From the NCBI GenBank assembly GCA_011109175.1, contig RDEW01000004.1, positions 334,030-398,029 on the forward strand: DNA of 64,000 nucleotides, in the 5' to 3' direction. Position numbers and translations under genes: made by a program. Under the pieces are notes generated by a model. The model saw only the letters and a program-made list of their open reading frames with translations, was not told the DNA's origin and did no database searches. Source of the stretch: Dicyema japonicum. Its lineage: Eukaryota; Animalia; Dicyemida. Positions 41,133 through 53,849 of the stretch are shown here, piece after piece. How positions within the stretch are numbered: the stretch's first letter is position 1; every line of letters begins with the position of its first letter.

Positions 41133-41737
41133 TTATTCAAAGGATTTCGATAAAGATATAAAAGAGTCTGAGTTTAGAAAGCTCTTATACATTAGAAGAC
41201 GCCGACATGTACCCAGTGAGCAATTGGCCCATGACCCTGTTGATGATGGTGTATCGGTTTTTAAATTTAATTCTCCGTCACTTGACCCTAATGATAAATC
41301 AAAATAGAATATAAATGGAAAAATTGAAAAGTGGAAATCATTTCTTTTGCAAACTAAAAAGTTAGTCATGCTAACTAAAAATTTCTTTCCAAAGAGTTGA
41401 AATTGACCACGCAGAGTTCAAGATTGTCCAGATTGTACTCACTTGGGATGGCCTAGTGACTTCAAATTCGTGGAAGTATGCCAGATCTTTAAATATAAGT
41501 GAAAGAACGTATGTGTATGTACAATCGCTGGTAATCAAGAAGTCTTTGGAGAGCATATAGGAACGTATGTTCAATCGTTATGATAAGCTTAATGAATGGA
41601 TATTTACTCTCGGTCTGATTATGAAGAAATTCAAGAGAAGAGTGTGAACGAAGAAAAGAACTGTGACAATTGAGTTTACTCCCATAGTTGCTGGAAGAGG
41701 AAACGAATTGGATAGATAACACTTTAATTAGAATCAT
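41133..41737 (-). other. Possible orphan multi-exon gene
   Basis: Three overlapping minus ORFs separated by GT..AG tracts. No TE or family motif recognised, and the model does not close cleanly. Confidence 0.25.
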
Positions 41738-42149
41738 TTTGTGACAACTACCTATACCTTAAATTTGGATGATCATAACAAAATTTTAATAAAAAAACAA
41801 TTTAAAAAATCAAATCTTCTTTAGTATCAGACAATTAAACTGTATTTAGAGCCTAATTATTTTTTTTAATTTTTGATGTGGAAACTTTTTTGTTTCATCT
41901 GTGGAAACTCCTTTAACCATAACAAAATGTAAGTGTTCCTCTATAGCAACATAACGTTCTCTTTTAAAAAAACTGTACAAGGCATGTTTTTTGTCTTCAG
42001 GTTGTTATCAAAATCTTATTTGATGAAAACAGTATCGCCTATTTTGACATGATTTTTTTGAGATTTTTATTCGCGTATCTTTCCCTTTTCTTTAATAATT
42101 TTCAAAATGTTCTGATGTTCAATGATTTAATTCGATTTCTGAAATAGAA

Positions 42150-42720
42150 CAAGTTTCTTGAATTTCATCATTTTAGGCACTTGTATAGAAGTTCTTGGGA
42201 TCGACATGTCTCGTGCATTGATTCTTTCTACAGAGGCGTCGACGCTCACAAGGGGAGGGAAGACAAAAGCCTTCACTCGTCATGAACAAAGTAGTTATTT
42301 TACGCATGGAAATACGTCAAAACTCATCAGTACTATACTAATTAAGCGATCCCGGAGTTATGATGGAAGATAACATTTGGGCGACTTGTCTAACATTTTT
42401 TTATGCAATTTTCCTTCTCACACGCTTTTATAGTTTATTTGTGTTAATTGAAATGAAATTATTCCACAGACCGATAGTAAAATCTGTGACCTTGAAGCAT
42501 TCCAGTCGACACCTCGTCTAGGGACAGTTGATCGAGAAGACAATGACTGGGAAGCTGAGATCGAAGCAAGAACTAATGACCAGGGAGCGAAATTGTCTCT
42601 ATGGAATGACGAGATAGGTCTTTTAGAATTCTGGCTAGACATCGAGTGTCTGCACTTAGGCAGATCCGAATACGCCACAAAGAGAAGGAAGGAAAATCTT
42701 CAATCAAGTAACCAAATAGC
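42150..42720 (+). mobile_element. Heavily degraded RTE
   Basis: VLGIDMSRA (as in the 44021 RTE) plus C-terminal remnants. Confidence 0.5.
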
Positions 42721-42992
42721 ACCACGCGGCCTAATACACTTACTATTTATTTATACTCTAGAAGTTTGTTCATACGAAGGCTTCTAATGGCAAGTGGATA
42801 TCCAGTCATGGATTGTTTTTAATCGTGACTGAGAAAGCTCAGTCTCTGGGATGTTTTGTCCGAATTTATCACCAAGAGTAGGAATAATTCTCCTACAATT
42901 ACTATATTAATTATTGTATAAATTATTATATAAAATAAAATTTTATATGGCGAACCTTGTTAAATTAAGTTTAATTTTAAATATTTTAATAA

Positions 42993-43860
42993 ATGCAGCA
43001 TTTATTCATTTTGTCAATGTGCTTCCAATCAATTATCACTGGAAGTTGTAGTGATAAACAAGTGGACGAAGTTGGAATGTTGTAGTATTTAAAATTTTTC
43101 ATATCACAGAGAATGGTTTTACTGTCACTATGATACTAATTATGAAACAAATTACAATTTCCCGATAGAGGACCTAGTTTTGAGTAACATTAGTATTCCT
43201 CTTGGAAAGGCTTTTTCATTTAGAGAGATCCATGTACGTGATTTGTATTACTGTATTATTTACTTGCAGTAGCTGCCATGGTGATCATAGTCTTGAAGCA
43301 ATTGATTCTAATGTTTTTCCAACCACTATCCAATCGATGTATTTATATTTGAAATCGACAGATATTTCTCGGGATGTCACGCACTAAGACAAATAAACAT
43401 AGATTTCGCTACATCATTGTCAAGTCTTCGACATATGTGAGTTTATTATTAATTTATAGTCAATTTCCCCTTTCTTCAATAATACAATCATTTACTATAG
43501 TAGCTCCTAGTTTTATTCTGTTGACTGGGTATTTTCAATGTTAAATTAGTGTTCGTGTATTGTGTATTGATCCATTTAACACACCAAAAGCGTATGAAGT
43601 TATAATTAGCTTAGATATAAACCTAATAGAGAATCTATTTATAAGAACAGATTTGGTGAATTGTAGTTGTTTTATATTAATGTGATTAGGACAGAGAACG
43701 TACTAGCAGATCCAACGGGTAATTATTATTGTCATTTCAGAGTGTAGTCCAATAAGAGACTCAAACAATGTGCTTGGAATCTGCAGATAGTTAATTAATG
43801 ATAACATTATTAGGGAATAAATTGATTTTGTTTTAAAATAATACTTGTCATTATTAACCA
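42993..43860 (+). CDS. Putative secreted or membrane LRR-like protein with many micro-introns
   Basis: Signal-like MQHLFILSMCFQSIITG. Exons such as SLEAIDSNVFPTTIQS / YFSGCHALRQINIDFATSLSSLRH are joined by 21-23 nt GT..AG introns (gtatttatatttgaaatcgacag, gtgagtttattattaatttatag, gtattttcaatgttaaattag). Exact model uncertain. Confidence 0.45.
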
Positions 43861-43869
43861 CTCTCGCCC

Positions 43870-45130
43870 TTATGGCAAAGCATACGGAACTAGAGAAACT
43901 AGTAACTAAGTCATCATCCTCCACTTGCCTCTGTCATAGGCATACTCACGTAGTCCATCTAGATCGTCTCCCTCTCTTAAGCATCTCCTATTACAAGCAC
44001 TTATCGCCTTGCCATAATAGTTATAGCAAAGCATGTGCAATACAAGAAACAATGTTATTAGTTAGCCTCTTCCATCCTCCACGGTTACACGCAGTCGATC
44101 TCAGCATGTCCAGATCGTCTCCCGTCTTTAGGCATTTCTTTATCCTTTGGAGGTCTTCGTGCAGCATGATAGGTAGGGTCATCCTTGGTCTGCCACGGAA
44201 GCATTTGCCCTCGAACATGAAATGGTCCTCCATCGCCACATTAGCCGGGGCAGCAAGATCCATGCGTAGTACGTGACCAAACAGTCTCCACCGGGCGTCA
44301 GTTATTTCCAGGCTTAGAGGCCTACTCTTGCATTTTTTGTAAATACCGGTATTCGAGATTCTGGCCGGCCACTGCATGCCAAATAATACTCTAAGCTGTT
44401 TTCTGTGGAACCCATCGAGAGCCATTGATTCCGCACCTGTACAGGCCCAAGTACCAGCATTGTATGTCAGTATCGGTTTCACAAATGCATTGTACATGCG
44501 TATCCGCAGATTGACATCTAGTCCTTTCAGCCATCCCTTTTTGAGTTTTCGCATTGCTACTCCTGCAAGTGTTTTCCTTTTGATGATGTCTTCTGTGTCC
44601 CCCAGTAGGGATCCAAGCTTATTAACATGTCGCCAACGTTCATTAAGGATGTTGTCCATTCTTTTGATTTCCGTGATTTCCGTTTTGGCCCGGTTAACGA
44701 TGAGGAACCATTCCCCCAGTTTGTCCGGTGCATTTTCCAGCAGATGTGTGAGAGCTTCTGTATCCTCGGATATAAAATCCACATCATCCGCGTATACGAC
44801 TTCGTTTATTTTTCCTTCATAGCAAGTTCTTAGATCCTTTAGTGCAGCTTCGAGATATATCACAAATAGTAAGGGGGAGAGGGAGTCTCCCTGAGGAGTG
44901 CCGATTGTAGTTTTGAATGGTCGGGATAGAGTTCTCCCAATTCGGACTGACAGTTCAGTACTTGAGAGAAGTACTCCGATTATCCGTAGCAATGATTGGT
45001 CCACAAATTGATGAAGGACAACCATTAGCTTGTGTCGGCTAATGGTGTCGAAAGCTCTTGACATATCGATCCCCAGGATGGTCGTGGCATTTTTGTATCT
45101 TTGAGCCGTTGCACACCGCACCTGTGGCTC
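43870..45130 (-). mobile_element. 5'-truncated RTE with intact 366-aa RT C-terminal ORF, followed by a second 3'-end fragment
   Basis: ORF 44021-45121: IDMSRAFD, GTPQGDSLSPLLF, YADD, RWRLFGHVLR, GRPR. Segment 43900-44010 repeats a diverged C-terminus. Confidence 0.9.
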
Positions 45131-45547
45131 CTAATCTTTTGGAAGTCCCCGTTTATTTGGTTAAATATTTTAACTTAACATTATTATTTATTCAAATTAT
45201 TTATATTTATTTATTCATTTTTAATAATTCATTTCCTCATTGCTCTTAATAGTAATCAAATCTTTCAAATCTCTATTCTAAGACCACCATTATACCGAAA
45301 ATCAAACCGCGACCCTGACAAATTTAATTCAGACTCTCAGCTCGTTGGGTCAGGATGATCACGTTGGATCAGGCCTCCTCCGTTATTCTATTGGATTAGG
45401 ATCTCCAAGGGTGTCTGCATCATGTTCTTTACAGTATCATACTCTAGAAATAACTGCACTATCAATGCTGACGTGATAAGTGTATTTTCGCACTTTTGAA
45501 GAATCAACTACTGACACCAATTTTTATGTCAACCAAACTGTTTAAGG

Positions 45548-46038
45548 CAGTGGTTCTCAACCTGAGATCCGCGAAAGATTCCAGGGGGTCCGCGAGATAC
45601 TTCTGAACCTTTATTCAAATTTTATTTTTTAATAATAATTTCAAATTAATATATAATTAAATCATAATTAATAATCTTCCTTTGTCAAGATTTTGGTGCG
45701 AAATGTGTTATTATTATTCTTCCGTAAGCGCAAATGCATTAAATTTGTCGTTTATTTATGCGAACATGGCTTTTCAGCACTTCTCAATATAAAAAATATT
45801 TATCGTGCAAGACTGAATATTGAGGATGACATCAGGGTATGTTTGTCGACAACCGAGCCTCAAATTGAAAAAAATTGTCTTAAAATAACAACATCAATTT
45901 TATTTTCTTTTTAATAATAAATTGTGTTATTAGAAAAGTAATAATTTTTGACAAAAAACTTGTAAAAATATGATGGGGGTCCGCGAATTTTTTTATTCAA
46001 TCACAAGGGGTCCGCGACCAAAAAAGGTTGTGAACCTG
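45548..46038 (+). mobile_element. Non-autonomous Charlie/Buster hAT derivative
   Basis: Left TIR cagtggttctcaacct and degenerate right end aggttgtgaacctg. Internal YLCEHGFSALLNIK..RARLNIEDDIRV. No matching TSD. Confidence 0.75.
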
Positions 46039-46094
46039 CAAACGGTCTTGAGACGTAATGCCAACCTCGATGATAAGGACTTGGCCAGACTCCT

Positions 46095-46760
46095 TATTTA
46101 TTTATTTATTAACCCCGGATACACCGAGAAAGAAGTTAAAGTAAACAACTAATTAAGTGTATCCAGTTTCCACTTCTACAGAGTCCATTCGGAATCAACA
46201 TTAAAGGTAAGACGTCCATTACATGCAGTTGTGGAAACCAGACTCCTAATTGTGTACCACAATGTCCGGTTTATTGTGCTTGACTAGCACCGAGGTAGGG
46301 ATAACACTGTCTACTTTAATATGGACCCTTGTGTTCTCTACCTTATGAGTCCGCAACTTTCTGGTGTGGCGAATACCATACTTATTGCATAGTAAAAAAT
46401 GAAGACTCCTTACTACCTCGTTATGCCTCCACACATAGTCGTGGCCGAGCATAGATCCGCACCAAGTGGCTTGACTTACAATGGGGACATGTATTTGTTG
46501 ATCGACCACAAAAAAATATTGCGGTCTTGCATATACGTGTACAGCGCCTCCGATCGAGGTGAGTTGTTACCGTATTTTAGCCATATTGTCGACGACTTAA
46601 GGTCGACATATGGGTTGTCCAATGCTCTGAAGAGGACCTTATGAAGGCTTTTTAAGTTGATCTTTTCCATCAAATTATTATATTGTAATTCGATCAACGC
46701 CTTCACATTTACTAGCCCACCATCATCAACACCATACTTAGCAGACAAAAAAAATCTGAT
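46095..46760 (-). mobile_element. R4/Dong REL domain and 3' end with (TAAA)n tail
   Basis: CGSMLGHDYVWRHNEVV and KPDIVV. The minus-strand 3' end is followed by aataaataaataaataa. Confidence 0.75.
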
Positions 46761-46869
46761 AGTGCCTAGGTGGGTTTCCCGTGTTTTCTCGGTCGTTATT
46801 ATGGCTGCTTCCTAGCAGACACACTTGACCCAGCTATCAGAGTGTCGTGCATTCGCATTAGGACACGCT

Positions 46870-47439
46870 CACTTAGTTGGACTACTCCACACAGTCCACG
46901 GCCGAATTTATCACGGGGTACGAATGCTACCAGTCCCCCTTTGCCTTGATATACCCCACAGAAGGTCTTCTATTCATTAATATTAGGAAGAGACCAGGTC
47001 GTCTATGACAAATTAAAAGGACACAATCCAAATCTGGAGGTATACTGGCGTGAGGATGTCTTCCAAGATTACCACTATTCTAAAAGCAACCGTATCTCCC
47101 CAATTGTGGCTGTTGCTGTGTTCCCTTATCTTATCACCCAGAACTTGCTGCTCCCTGCTGAAGGTTGAAATGCTTTAAATCTGCTTAGTGGGACAGCATG
47201 GCTATAATTGACACGTGGCCCAAATGCATCCCATCTTCATTTCCGTGGGAAATGAGTTTAAAGAGGATTTCGTGGGTGAGTCGTTTGAATCTGTCGATAT
47301 CTTCCCGTTGATATGCAATATTCTCGGATTTGAGTCACCACCGGTTAATGGGTCATTTTCAAGGATAGAGCATATTTTGAAGGGTCATAGCGGTTGGGTT
47401 CATATATCACTTTTAGAACCCCTAATGACTATAAATTAA
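46870..47439 (+). pseudogene. ENPP4/5-like nucleotide pyrophosphatase, C-terminal part only
   Basis: QSPFALIYPTEG..VYDKL..PNLEVY..YHYSKSNRISPIVAV, GQHGY, MHPIF, VDIFPLICNILG..NGS. Introns 46965-46986 and 47164-47188. In-frame TGA at 47209. No 5' half. Confidence 0.7.
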
Positions 47440-48289
47440 TTAAAGAGTTTACAATTAAAAGTAATACTTTAACTCGATCTTCTCTTCTCGAGGCTAACCT
47501 CTATTGCCTGTAGGCATGTTCCAAGTTGCTGCACACCCCACATTCAGAGACTACCCTAGGTTGACATTCCATGCTGTCTTTTTTCTTCACCAGGCATCGA
47601 TACTCCACGCCTCTCCTCAGCTTGCATACTCTCCAAAGTCTTCCGTAACACTAGCGTCTGTATATAAGCTTTGACCCTCTCCTCCACTTGAGGGCATCCA
47701 GGTGGCCTTGAAGAATCGGAAACAATTCCATCCAGGAGATGACTACAGGATTATTTTCACCTTTGGGCGATGAATAATCTCAAGTTCGTTCGCCAATAGG
47801 TCATACTCATGGAACTTTTCTACCTGCTTGAGGCAGTTTTGCGAAGGTGATCTCAATTTCAACAGAGTAATCATAATGTTTATCTCATCATAAACGAAAA
47901 TGTAGGGTTTGTTATTAGTTACAGCCCCTATCCATACTGATCGTCGTCTATACACGAACTTAACTTTCTTAGTCCATTTGTTGATGTCCCATTTTTCGCA
48001 GATACTCAAATTTTCTGGTTCTCACTCATCACATAGTTAAATATAAATCCTTTCTCGACGCAATGATGTCGGAAAACCAACAATACGAAGACACTTACGA
48101 CAGGAAGGTAAACCTCAACTTAGGCAAAACCCAAACTTTATTTAAGAAGTATTTCTAATTAATCCGAGGCATAGAATATATTTTTGACTTTTGTTCTTTT
48201 CTTTGGAGAAATTGATTCGTACAGATTGATCATCAAATACACTGATTCATCAATTTGTAATAAAAATTTTGTTTTTTGAAAAAAATAAT

Positions 48290-48810
48290 TAAGGAAGTTA
48301 GAGATCTTCAGACATCTCGTCTATACATCTTTGCATTGTGTCGTTAATGAATGGGAATATTTTTAGTAATTCGGAAGATTTCTCTGCAGCATACGATTTA
48401 TAAACAATTCTACACAGGAAAGTACAACTCTCAGCAATGGAATGAGGATTACCTATACAAAATAAAGAAAAATAGTATTGGCGATAATTTCTGCAACTTT
48501 ACATTGAATTCACAAGCCATGAATGACATTAGTTTACTAAGTTAGTTTTGTCCTTTTGTTATAGTTTTAGTTTGAATTTCTAAAAAATTCAATATTTTTC
48601 CTAGTGATTGAGGATACTTGCGTTTTTGCGTGTTCTAATAATTGAGATGGATTCATCGCTTCGTTAGAAAAATCCGCACAACATTGAAAACACAGGTGGA
48701 TCCTTTAGAAAAGTTGCACGTTTGGTTACTGAAATTATTCAAAATAAATTTATTTGTAAATATATTAATAATCACTAATTTAAAAAATCGCCCCTCGTTG
48801 AGAAACCCTG
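48290..48810 (-). mobile_element. Buster/ZBED5-like hAT, left half
   Basis: TIR cagggtttctcaac (48797-48810) flanked by TA-centred atctagtg. Remnants FSNEAMNPSQL and NPHSIAE..INDTMQRCIDEMSED. Confidence 0.7.
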
Positions 48811-50109
48811 ATCTAGTGGTTTGATTGGTCGGTGGGTGGAGGTGATGTCCGCTATTGCATGGAATATCTACTTATCTGCATTGTGGAAGAAAGCTTTTGT
48901 CTTTTTTTCGTAAGCATGGTCGAGGTGACGAACTAGGAAACTCTAGTTCTGATCAAAGGAAGCATGCAGTATACGCAAGGTCCGAGTTTGAAGTAAGAAA
49001 ATTTAAATAAACTGGGATCACTTATAGCTACATGTATAAAATGATAGTTAGCCTTACCATTGATCCCCCAACATTGTCTCTAACAATAGCAATGGAGATC
49101 ACCTTGGTTTCACGGATGCTATTGCTTCTGAGTGTAGCCAGTCATCTCAGAGTTATGAGGAAATACAAGACTTACTGCTTATCTCTTCAATTGTCTTGAC
49201 ACCGATTGGACGTAACGTGAGTCGGTCAAGGAACCTCATTGGGTCTCGCTTCCGGGGGATAAAATTAATACGAAATAGCCAAATTTCAAAGTTTTTTAAA
49301 GTCATTAAACACAAAATTAAAAACAATTTTATCATTCTCCCACGGGGGATATCTATTGACAAGTGTCGGCTCATTCGCTGCTGCACCTGCATCCGCCGTT
49401 TCCTTATCAAAAATCGTACCGACTCATTAAAAAAAAGAAAGGTCGCATCCGTCAAGAATATGAAGACATTAGGTAACATAAACCATGACATGGTATCCAT
49501 GCCCAAATCACCAACTCTGACTTATGACTAACACATCCACTACAGAAAATCCGAGAAACAGAAAATAACTAATAGGAATCACAAGTAACAAAAATTATCG
49601 ACTAACAAAAATCAGGAGACGACTGTAGTTTTCAACTTATCAGAATCAGTAAGCGAACACACCCTTAACGATTCCCAAAGAATGGTCAATATTATGATTC
49701 AGCAGCTAATCGACATTTTCCGACAAATGCTGTTTGCGATTCTGATCTCATTTCTAATTAAACCTGTTTCCCAACATTACGAATAGTCAGTTTTTCAGCC
49801 GCACACTTATCCTCATTTTCCAAATACTAAAACAATTAATTTCAAGCATTATTTTCTCTCCTTCTCTTACACCGACTTCCTATACACCATTATTGCCTCC
49901 TCTAACTCCGACTTTTTCTTCTTCAACTCTTTGAGGCCCCACTTGGGAACATGACGTTTTACTAAGTAACCATCTTACTATAGGCGGTGCTTTTCTTTTA
50001 ACTTCTCTTGTCACATAACTTATTTGACTTTCCACTGCTTCCAGCTCTGTTTTTCTCTAGCCAGTGGTTCTATTTCAATAATTAAAACTATTATTAGATA
50101 ATTATAAAC

Positions 50110-50760
50110 TATTACTAGTTGACTAACCCAAAACAGAAACAAGATATATATCTACCTTCTCCATGACTAAATCCTCTGGTGAAGATTACATTATGAAAAC
50201 TCTTCCACCAAAGAATGAAGTGATGTCCGTGAAGCGATATGTCACCCAGTGACCCCACCGGCTTAGCCTCCACCCCGTAAGCAACATCCTTATTGATGCA
50301 GGTTAATACTACTTTGTTAACCATAGTATGAGGGATCTTGCGGGTAACTCTGCGGTCCTCTAGGGGGACATCGGCCTCTGCAGCGAGATTTCCGCGAAGA
50401 CCTTATGATTATGCTTGAGTTGCAACGTATCACAGCTCTGGTGCCCGTGTTCTTCTTGACAGTTGTGTCATCTGGTCCTCGTCCCTTTAGACCAGTACTC
50501 CTTCTCTGACCCTCATTGTCTACAGCCGTTTTTTTGAGTTCTTTCACAGATATAGCAGTACTGAATCTGTCACTGCAGAGCTCTGGCAAGTATGGAAAGC
50601 CATTCCAGGGCATTCGGGATATCCTTCTACGTAATTGCAGGACTACCTGCCTCACCCATTCTTTTGGGTCAGTTGCCACGACGCTCTCAGATATAGCGAG
50701 AGTTGTATTCTTATCATCTGACAACGTAACTGACCTTTTTTTTCCTTTTAAATTTTTTGC
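50110..50760 (-). mobile_element. Probable R4/Dong N-terminal remnant
   Basis: PKEW..QLRRRISR and FILWWKSFH resemble R4-clade pre-RT motifs. Confidence 0.4.
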
Positions 50761-51119
50761 CCACTCGTTTTAGCACATCCGAATCGAGCGCACGTTTCAT
50801 GTAATAAATATTAAATTTATTTGTTTAATTCAGGTTGAGAGGATGTATAAACAAATGTTAACTAATTTCATGTCAAATGTACCGCAGAGCTAACAGGCTG
50901 TCAATTAAGAAAATGTGATGTTGGTCCTTAAAAATCAAAGAACATGTATTAGCTCATCTGCTATTGGAAATCATCAAAAACCAGAACCTAATAGACGACT
51001 TGGTAAGATTATATAACGGTAGCTTAAGACTGGGCAACATTCTCTGACGTCGGATAGTGACGGAACTTTTTTTAAGAAAATAAAAGACACCTCTTGAAGA
51101 TCCTGATAACTACCCCATA

Positions 51120-52560
51120 GTTATTATTATTATTAAAAACCAAAAATCACCGACAAATTAAATAACTACATAGCCGTCAGGTGATTCCGGCCGCCTCGAG
51201 TAGCCATCTCATTCTTGCTCGGTGGTCTTCTCGGGTTCCAACGCATTTCCGGATTGGGCGGAGGTTTCTAACTTTTTTGGAGGGTAGAAAAGCTCCGGTT
51301 TTCCTCACTAGTTCCTCAAAAGGTATAGGGTTTAGAAATGTCCAAAAAACCTCTGCAAAGCCTTACTGGCTATTTTTTGGAAGGTATTGATTTTTTCTAT
51401 ATTCCTGTTTGATAGGTTGGTTCCCCATGAAGCACACCAGTAAGTTAGAGACGGTTTAATGTACTGCACGTAGAGCGAGTCCAAATTTGAGTTGAAACAC
51501 CCATTATATTGTTCTAAAAGTGTTTTAACAAAATTTAGCTTTCGTTGTGCCGAGGAGATGAGGTTGTCGATGTGTTTACTAAAGGTCAAGAGTGGGTCGT
51601 ATGTTACGCCCAGTATCTTGACCGAGTTGGTCGTGGGGATTGAGTTTCCATTTATGGTTACACATGGAGCGGAGTTTGTCAATTTTCTGTTTGTTGTGAA
51701 AATTGTTGTATAAGACTTTTCGGGACTTGTATGTAAAATGTTCTTAACGAGCCAACCAATGAAGCTTGTATCCGGTAAACAGCCGTGTTATCATCCGCAT
51801 ATGTCAGAACCAGAGTATCGTCACTGGTAAGGGAGGGCATATCATTTAAGAATTAGTTGAATAGGTGTGGTAAACATGGAGATCCTTGAGGGACCCTATT
51901 TGGAAAGAACTTGGTCACTGATCTAGTTTTTCCCGCAGTTACTCTTCCTCCTTCTTCCATTTAGGAAATTTGCTATCCAGATTTTCAGGTTGTTCGAAAT
52001 TTTTGAAGTAAAGATCTTTTTTGTCAAAAGCTTTCTTGGGACAGTGTCTAAACGATTTTTCAATATTGATGGAACATAACAAAAACTTCTGATGAGGTTT
52101 GCGCTTTAGTCCATCCTTGATGAAATTTGTAAGGCATGCAAGATGCGTTTCCGTGGAGTGTCTTTTTCTGAATCCGTGTTGAAAAGGTGCATCAGGAAGG
52201 TATGGTTTGATTAGTTCAAAAATCAGCTTTTCCAAAAGTTTTAATGTATCACATAGGAGAGACATTGGTCTGAATGAGGCAGGTGATCCCATTGGTCTTC
52301 CGGGTTTCAGAATTAGTCGTATGTTTGATAGCTTACATATGGAAGGAATACAATTTTCGTTGATTGAAAAGTTGAAAATTTTTTGTGAGTACCCTGATAA
52401 CATATGGGCCTATGTTTTTCAGAACTATTGCAGGGATTCCGTCCGGACCACAAGAATATGTCGACTTTTAACCCTTGAACATATCCTGTACGAGCCACAC
52501 GTGCGTCATAGCGTTTTGGTCTAATGAGGAGTCCTAGTTTCTTTAGAAAACAAAGCGATT
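51120..52560 (-). mobile_element. Jockey-like LINE RT and 3' end with (TAA)n tail
   Basis: SFRPMSLLC, FQHGFRKRHST, GVPQG, YADD, ILGVTYDPLLTF; ggaatcacctga motif; (TAA)4 at ~51121-51134. Confidence 0.85.
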
Positions 52561-52717
52561 TCCAGCCTAAAGTTCAATAGAGTTAAGGTTCTACAGAAAA
52601 GGAAGTGAAATGGATTCCGAAAGTGTCGCTAAAACGTATATAATTTAATTATCTTCATTTACAATATCGTTCAATACATAAATTTGATCGGTTAAAACAA
52701 GGCATTTAATTATTCTA

Positions 52718-53298
52718 ATGAATTCTGGTTATCTGAAATTCCTTCTTTTTTCGGGGTCACGTTATTTTAAATTCCTGAAACCACCGACGGATTCACCACT
52801 AAACTGCCAGAAACTGATTGAGGGAGATAGAAATAAAATTATAAAAAGGAGATTGATTCGAGTTATAATGGGAATTTCCAGATCCACAATTCCAGGGAGT
52901 TTGTAAAATCACGTGAATACTTGGATTATCCGATTTCCCAAGTTGAGATTGAGTATAGACTGGCATATATTCTCGTTGTCTATAAAGATTTGAAACAAGT
53001 TGAGAAATTGCTGAGGTCTGTTTATCGGAAAACTAACCTGTACTGCATCCACGTGGACAAAAAATCAAGTAAATCATTCTACGACGGAATTTTAAAACTG
53101 ACTAGTTGTCTTGACAACGTAATCCTATTGGATAAATCCTACGACGTTGTTTGGGGTGAAATCACAACAATCTTACCAGAGATATACTGTATGCAAGTAA
53201 TGGTGGATTAGTGGATTCAGAAAAAGTCTTATTCTACAGGATCTGAGGTTGATTTTGATTTCTACAAAAAACTGGATTTCGTTCAAAATCACATTTAA
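52718..53298 (+). pseudogene. Internally deleted duplicate of the 13.7-kb GCNT gene
   Basis: Near-identical to 13760-14193, joined to 14836-14926. TAG at the junction. A 7-nt deletion upstream. Confidence 0.92.
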
Positions 53299-53849
53299 TT
53301 TTTTGTTAGTTTCCTCAAGAATATGTAACGTCTTTTAGTTGACCTCGATTACTATTGTGTGAGGCAACACGTGTCAGAGATTGACATGTGCTATTCCCTT
53401 CTTATTTTCACTTATCCAATTCATTATGTTTTATCTTGGCTATTCACTTTGTAATCAAGTTACGAGACACATTCAAAAGGCAGATGTAGACTAAAGGAAG
53501 TATAAAATCATGATCTTTGCGTCTATTTAATTTGTTTGTTGTTTAGTGTACAATCCTCCATAACCCCCACATCCTTAGGGTTCCCGATTAATTATAACTA
53601 ATGATTTAGTATTCTTCAGTATAATAAACAATTTATTGACACATTTTGTAGCTTTGTAGCCAACTTATATAGGTTTGACACTCACGTGATTAGTATAGGA
53701 AGTCACCTCTTTATGAGAATAAGTGATAATATTCCTTTATAGTAACACTTTCATCAGCTATACAGGTGCCCCTAGTAACACATAATCAATAGAAACATTA
53801 AAAATGTTTAATTGTTAATGAAAATAACTTATTTTTACAAAATAATAGT

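Noticed and set aside
44376-44822. 148-aa plus-strand ORF, and similar ORFs opposite PSMC1-flanking LINE, RPE and ZIP
   Set aside because: Antisense shadows of real coding sequence with no independent motifs.
20763-47211. Reassigned genetic code (TGA=Trp or TAA/TAG=Gln)
   Set aside because: TGA at Trp positions occurs only in decayed TEs. Real genes use TGG, and TAG (PSMC1), TAA (RPE, GCNT) and TGA (ARL3, PAK1IP1) all act as stops.
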